Both the position numbers and the translations under genes were made by a program. The notes beneath the pieces are model-generated. The model ran no database searches, had not been told where the DNA came from, and saw only the letters and a program-made list of their open reading frames with translations. Shown piece by piece: positions 38,460-43,121 of a stretch of DNA of 43,121 nt. Position 1 is the first letter of the stretch; each line of letters begins with the position of its first letter. Source of the stretch: Sphaeroforma arctica JP610 (taxonomy: Eukaryota); assembly GCF_001186125.1 (NCBI RefSeq), contig NW_014040429.1, forward strand, positions 71,714-114,834. Reading direction: 5' to 3'.

Positions 38460-39760
38460 TTAAAGTCCGGTACGAAGCGTGATAACATATCCGGTAAATG
38501 GTTATGTATTCCTGGCAGATGTTTTATATCAAAATGAAACTTTAATATTGTATCATGCCAGCGACTCAGTAATTGCGAGTCGGGTTTCATCTCTTTCATA
38601 TATTGAAGAGATTTCTGATCACACATCAGCGTAAATGCTGTTCCGTATAAGTAATCTCGGAAGTGTGTTAGAGCTGCCACTATGGCTAATAGCTCTTGTT
38701 TGACAGTTGGATAATTCAACTGTGAAGCATTCATTGCTCGACTAAATAATTGTATATATCTAGGTTTGTTATTTATAACCTGATATAATACTCCTCCTAA
38801 GGCCAAGTCTGATGCGTCCGTTGCTATTTCAAACGGCACGCCATCGACTGGTCCTTGTACAACAGGGGCTTGCTGGACTGCGTGTTTGAGCGTTTTAAAT
38901 GCGTCATCACAATCTTTAGTCCACAAGTCTCCTAGTTTGCCTTTAAGACATCTTAAGTGTCCAAAAGGTTTAATGTAATCAGCCAAGTGTGGTACGCCAT
39001 CTGAAAAGAAGTTTACAAACCCACACATGCTGTTAACATCTCTTCCTGTAGTTTGTGTTCGCCAATCTAACAGGCGTTCTACCTTACCTGGGTCGATTTT
39101 AATACCTTCCCCAGATAATATTCGGTAGCCTAAGAGCTGTATTTCGCTCATGGCGAAGTGACATTTCTTCTCGTTAATCTTGAAGTTTTGCTCGTTGAGT
39201 CTCTTAAGGACTCGTCTGACTAATGTGGCGTGTTCGCCCTTAGTTTTAGGGTAGATGACTATGTCATCTATAGACTTGCACGCTTGGCATGTCTGCAAAC
39301 ATTTCCTCCATTACTTGTTGGAAGAATGCTGGTAAAGAGTGTAACCCGAAAGGTGCACCTCTGAACCTGTATTGTTTACCTTTCCCGGTAAAACTAAAGT
39401 ATTTACGATGTGGTTCATATACCTGCATTTGATGGTATCCTTGTGTAAGGTCTATAGTTGTAAATACTGAAGCACCTTCCATCCTTCACAGTAGCTCGTT
39501 AATACGAGGTAAGTGAAAGCTACGAGTCGGCAATAATATATTTATTGGACTCATATCTAAACATATTCTGACTTTCTTAAACGATCCGTCAGAGTTATGA
39601 TGGTCTACGGCTAGCAGTGCCAAGTTAACTGGCGTCTGTTGATAGTTAACTTCTATCACTCCATCTGCTAGCCATTTCTCAACTTGTTCTTTTACCACAG
39701 CCTCGTGTCTCCAGGATACATAGTTCCCTGAGGGACACTTTAACTGTGTAAAGTCCACAT
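38460..39760 (-). pseudogene. Reverse transcriptase and RNase H (Ty3/Gypsy type)
   Basis: RICLDMSPIN; LPRINELL; FTTIDLTQGYHQM; APFGL..LPAFFQ; V(YI)DDIVI broken by a frameshift at about 39270; KKCHF...LLGY; RNase H TDASDLALGGVL, NYPTVKQELLAIV, CDQKSL, NHLPDMLSR. Confidence 0.97.
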
Positions 39761-39959
39761 TGGTTAAGTCAAGGTTGACATATCCGTCGTTAAAACAGAA
39801 TTTTGCCCAATCTGTGATCTTTATCTTTTTATTAACTAGAATCAGATCCATGATTTTGTTCGCAAAGTCAGGTATTAATGCCTTGACTGTGTCTGACGGG
39901 GGCTTATATGGATTCAGACAGTTATCGCCTGACTGATCCTTTAATGGATCTATGTTATT

Positions 39960-40290
39960 TGGTAGACCAGTTACGGTTATACATAGAGTGAGTAAATCGC
40001 TCATTCCGACTATAATGTCGTACTTCTGTGACATCTTAACTATCACAGCTTGAGTATTGATACTCGTATCTTCGGCCAGGGAGATTTTAACATCTGTGGC
40101 GATGGTATCACATGTAGCAGTTTTATCATCAGCTAAAATGAGATGAGTTGTTTATGTTCTTCTTTCGATTTCTTTCATTAATGCAAAGCGATCGGATATA
40201 CATGAAATTTCTGAACCAGGATCAATCAACGCAAGGACTTTATTACCATTGCAATGTACAGGGATTATTACACGCTCATCTAAAGAGTCG
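39960..40290 (-). pseudogene. Retroviral-type aspartic protease
   Basis: ERVIIPVHCNGNKVLALIDPGSEISCIS (40195-40280) and YDIIVGMSDL (about 40010). There is an in-frame TAA at 40152-40154. Confidence 0.9.
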
Positions 40291-40328
40291 TTGTATTGTC
40301 TGTGTAATGATTGTACCTGGTAGTACCG

Positions 40329-42506
40329 TCACTCCAACTTAATGTTGGGCTTTCGGTCACAAGACTTAGTGTGATAACCATTGGTCTTCTCACACTTGTC
40401 ACACTTAGTAAGAAAGTGTGTACAGGTGGATACATGTCTACCATTCCAATAACCGTTAGGAGTTAACTGGTACATGTCATACCCACACTGGGCGTCGGCA
40501 CATGTCTTAATCTCCTTAAATGGAGGTTTCATGTCCTTCGCTCCTGCGCGTGCCCGTTTATTGGGTCGTGTTGTGAAAGTGGATTTGCGAGCATGTGTAT
40601 GTTGGGGTCTCTTGTTTGAGGTCTGCCTCGATACGTACCCGTGATCGGTGAGCTCCCGCGGCTTCTTAACAGCCGCTTTTCCTTTTGATGTTACTCGATG
40701 TGCGGGAAAAAGAGTGGATACAGTATCATAAAACTGTTCCCATGTAAGTCGGGATAGATAAAACTTTGTTTCATGTCTCTTGTCTCGAGCCTCAGTCGCG
40801 TGTTTACGTCGCAACTCGGTGTACAGACTCTCACGGTCGTTATTCCCTATGTTCTTACAGAACACGTGCATAACCAGGAATTCGTACCATCGCTGTGCCT
40901 TGTCCTTTGTTATATTGGGACGTTTCTGGTCAGCGTCTAACTTCAGAATATAACTCTGAATGGGTGTGTTCTCGGCTGGTTCATTTAAAATTGAACTCAG
41001 CCCAGGGCTACGCATATCCTTACTTAACAAGGATGTGACCAACCAACACACAGCTGGCCAGTCACGACAAGTGTCTAGCTCATGCTGGTGTCGCTGCAGG
41101 ATCAGATAACTGGTACCTGTAGGGTCAAATGTCTGCATTAAGGCAGAGATCCATTGCTGGGGAGCGATATCATTCGTCTCCAGCATGACCGTAAACGCAT
41201 TGAGCGTACAGGTTAGCGTGTTGAGGTCATGGTTGTTTATAAACTCGACCTGCTTACTGTTGACATCCCAGTTCGACTTAAGTCAACTGATCTGTCCTTT
41301 GTACTTCTGGTTATCCCTGTGGTCTTGTCCACGTTGAGCCTGAAGTAGCTGATCGATGCGCTTTTGCTTAATCGCAATAATATTCACATAGTATGCTACG
41401 TCATTAGCATGATGCGCAGCATGGGCGACTTCCATTTTATTGGTATAGTCGTCGACCGATTTATTAAGGTCGGTCACCTCGTCATAGTGGAAATCCTCTG
41501 CGGGTTGGTGTAAAGCCGTGCGGTCGAAGCGATTAAACTCGACATCGTTCACACGTCTGCGGGGATGATTAATATCCCTTGGCGTCAGAATAACGTACCC
41601 AGTCTTAACTGGTTTCCGACGATTGTCCTCCCAATTGGGTACAAGTGGAGGAGTATATTTCCTTACCTCTCGGTCTATAATACCTTTGAGAACAGGTGAC
41701 TCACGACCAGGTGTCAGAACAGGCGAATGACTAGCCTGTTCTTCTGGCAGTAATGTCTCGTACGGTATATCGACGCTGTGCATCTCTGGATTATATGACT
41801 CAGGTGTCAAGCTTGAGTCTTTGGGCGTAATTGCCTGTCAACGTTCTGTCCACTTATGTACGGCTTCAGTTATGCCCGGGGAATCATGCTCGCGTAAGCG
41901 CTGTGTATGTTTTCCTGATCTTTCTATTTGATCTACACGCTCGACAGTCAAGTCTTTCATAATAGTAGCTAACTGATTCTTAAGATCAGCGTATTTAGTA
42001 ATTAACTTACTTATGTGCTTCGGCTTAGAAGTCTCGGACGTAGATTCGGTTTTGCTACTTGAGCTTGCCTCTTCTTCTGGTTCCATATTAGGTTCCTTCT
42101 GAGATTTGTCCTTGTCCCCTATAATTGGGGACGCCCTCATAATTTGTGACTTTCCTTTCTGATTTTTGTCAGAAGAATGGGTTGAGGCGTCTTGCGACGT
42201 ATCCCTTGTCTCACTTCTTGGCTTCGTTAATGCAAGCTTTGAAGATGAGGCTATAGTTGGCCCTCGGTCTCTGTCAGAAGGAGTAGTCTTCTTAAGCGGA
42301 GTGGCTACTTCCTTATATGAAGCATTGTCCCTTTGACTATAATTGTCAGAGGCAAGTGCTTTGGCTGCAGTGCGCTTAATTGTATCAGCAGCTGCGTCGG
42401 TTGCTTGCGCAGCAGTAATAGCTGCGGCAGCGTTAGCGACTTCTCTCTCCATTATCTTCTTTTCAGCTCTACGTTTCTTAGAAGGAGTGTTGTTTTTCTT
42501 GGTCAT
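40329..42506 (-). pseudogene. gag-like ORF1 with C-terminal Cys/His knuckles
   Basis: ORFs 41838-42506, 41283-41810 and 40329-41186 share one frame and are separated only by TGA codons. The C-terminus reads CADAQC...GRHVSTC and CDKCEKTNGYHTKSC. Confidence 0.85.
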
Positions 42507-42636
42507 AATCTTAACTTATGACTACTAGCTTGTCTCTTAACAACTAGCTTAGACAAGAGAAAAAATGTTGTGGTAGTTAACTTACCTTTACGTTTAAGTA
42601 GTCTAAGTAATTAATACTTTAGATAACTTTAAAATG

Positions 42637-43117
42637 TGTAAGATTCGGTCTAATAAAGGCGATACTAATGCCTTAGAATAAATAAACGCGTAGGTAAATT
42701 CTATATATCGTGTAAATATCGATATAAATAAACGAAATGAGACGTTTAATAAAATTAGGTTTGCCTCGTTATAACAGCAATACTCTGAGGGATTGTGAGG
42801 CTGAGACATTGCCTATATATAATCCTCTCAGTACTGTTTCCGCCGAAGGGATTTTATTTAGTGTTTTGTTGTCGCTCTATTCTGGGGCGAATCCGATAGA
42901 CTCATAAAATCCTATCTTTAGAAAGAAAAAAAAAATACTCTTAATGTCCTTAGTTATTGTCTTAACCAATAACTTGCCACTTTTCAAGAATTCCCGCCTT
43001 GGCCTTCATCAGACTGGCACATCTGGTTGGCTGATCGGAGGATCAACTAGGTAACGTTAATAGTCCCTAGAAACCTATATTCGGTTGAGCCATCTCGCTA
43101 CCGAAGTATACAGATAT
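42637..43117 (-). repeat. 5' LTR (probably truncated by the window end)
   Basis: tgtaagattcggtc...ctaccgaagtatacagatat is a direct repeat of 35392-35900. Confidence 0.9.
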
Positions 43118-43121
43118 GTAG

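Larger units (their letters stand above)
35392..43121 (-). mobile_element. Near full-length Ty3/Gypsy-type LTR retrotransposon carrying an adenine methyltransferase domain
   Basis: Two direct repeats of about 500 bp (35392-35900 and 42637-43117) flank a minus-strand gag-pol. The domain order is PR-RT-RNaseH-(MTase)-integrase-GPY, which is Gypsy order. Confidence 0.95.

Noticed and set aside
36577..41840. Alternative genetic code (TGA as sense) explaining the in-frame TGAs
   Set aside because: The same copy also has TAA, TAG and frameshifts, including one through the RT YIDD motif. The host SBNO model itself ends in TGA.
35392..43121. Classifying the MTase-bearing element as DIRS
   Set aside because: It has an aspartic protease, a DDE integrase and direct LTRs. 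No tyrosine recombinase or inverted/split repeats were seen.

Overview
This is an intron-rich eukaryotic scaffold segment with three N gaps (5665-6510, 18674-19333, 36150-36479). A unicellular holozoan such as an ichthyosporean is inferred from gene structure but not proven. The left third holds two host genes on the + strand: a MOB1 kinase activator (first exon not identified) and a 21-exon strawberry-notch (SBNO) SF2 helicase-like gene. The rest is mostly decayed mobile elements: a large DDE transposase pseudogene between inverted repeats (Sola3-like), an old Ty3/Gypsy-type retrotransposon with a second gag-protease LTR element nested inside it, and a near-complete but mutated Ty3/Gypsy-type LTR element (35392 to window end, - strand). 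The main finding is that both Gypsy-type copies carry a Dam-like DNA N6-adenine methyltransferase domain (DMFAA...DAF...WANPPW) inside pol, between RNase H and a DDE integrase. I know this domain from DIRS/tyrosine-recombinase retroelements and phages, not from integrase-type LTR elements. The ORF track hides it because a frameshift splits it.
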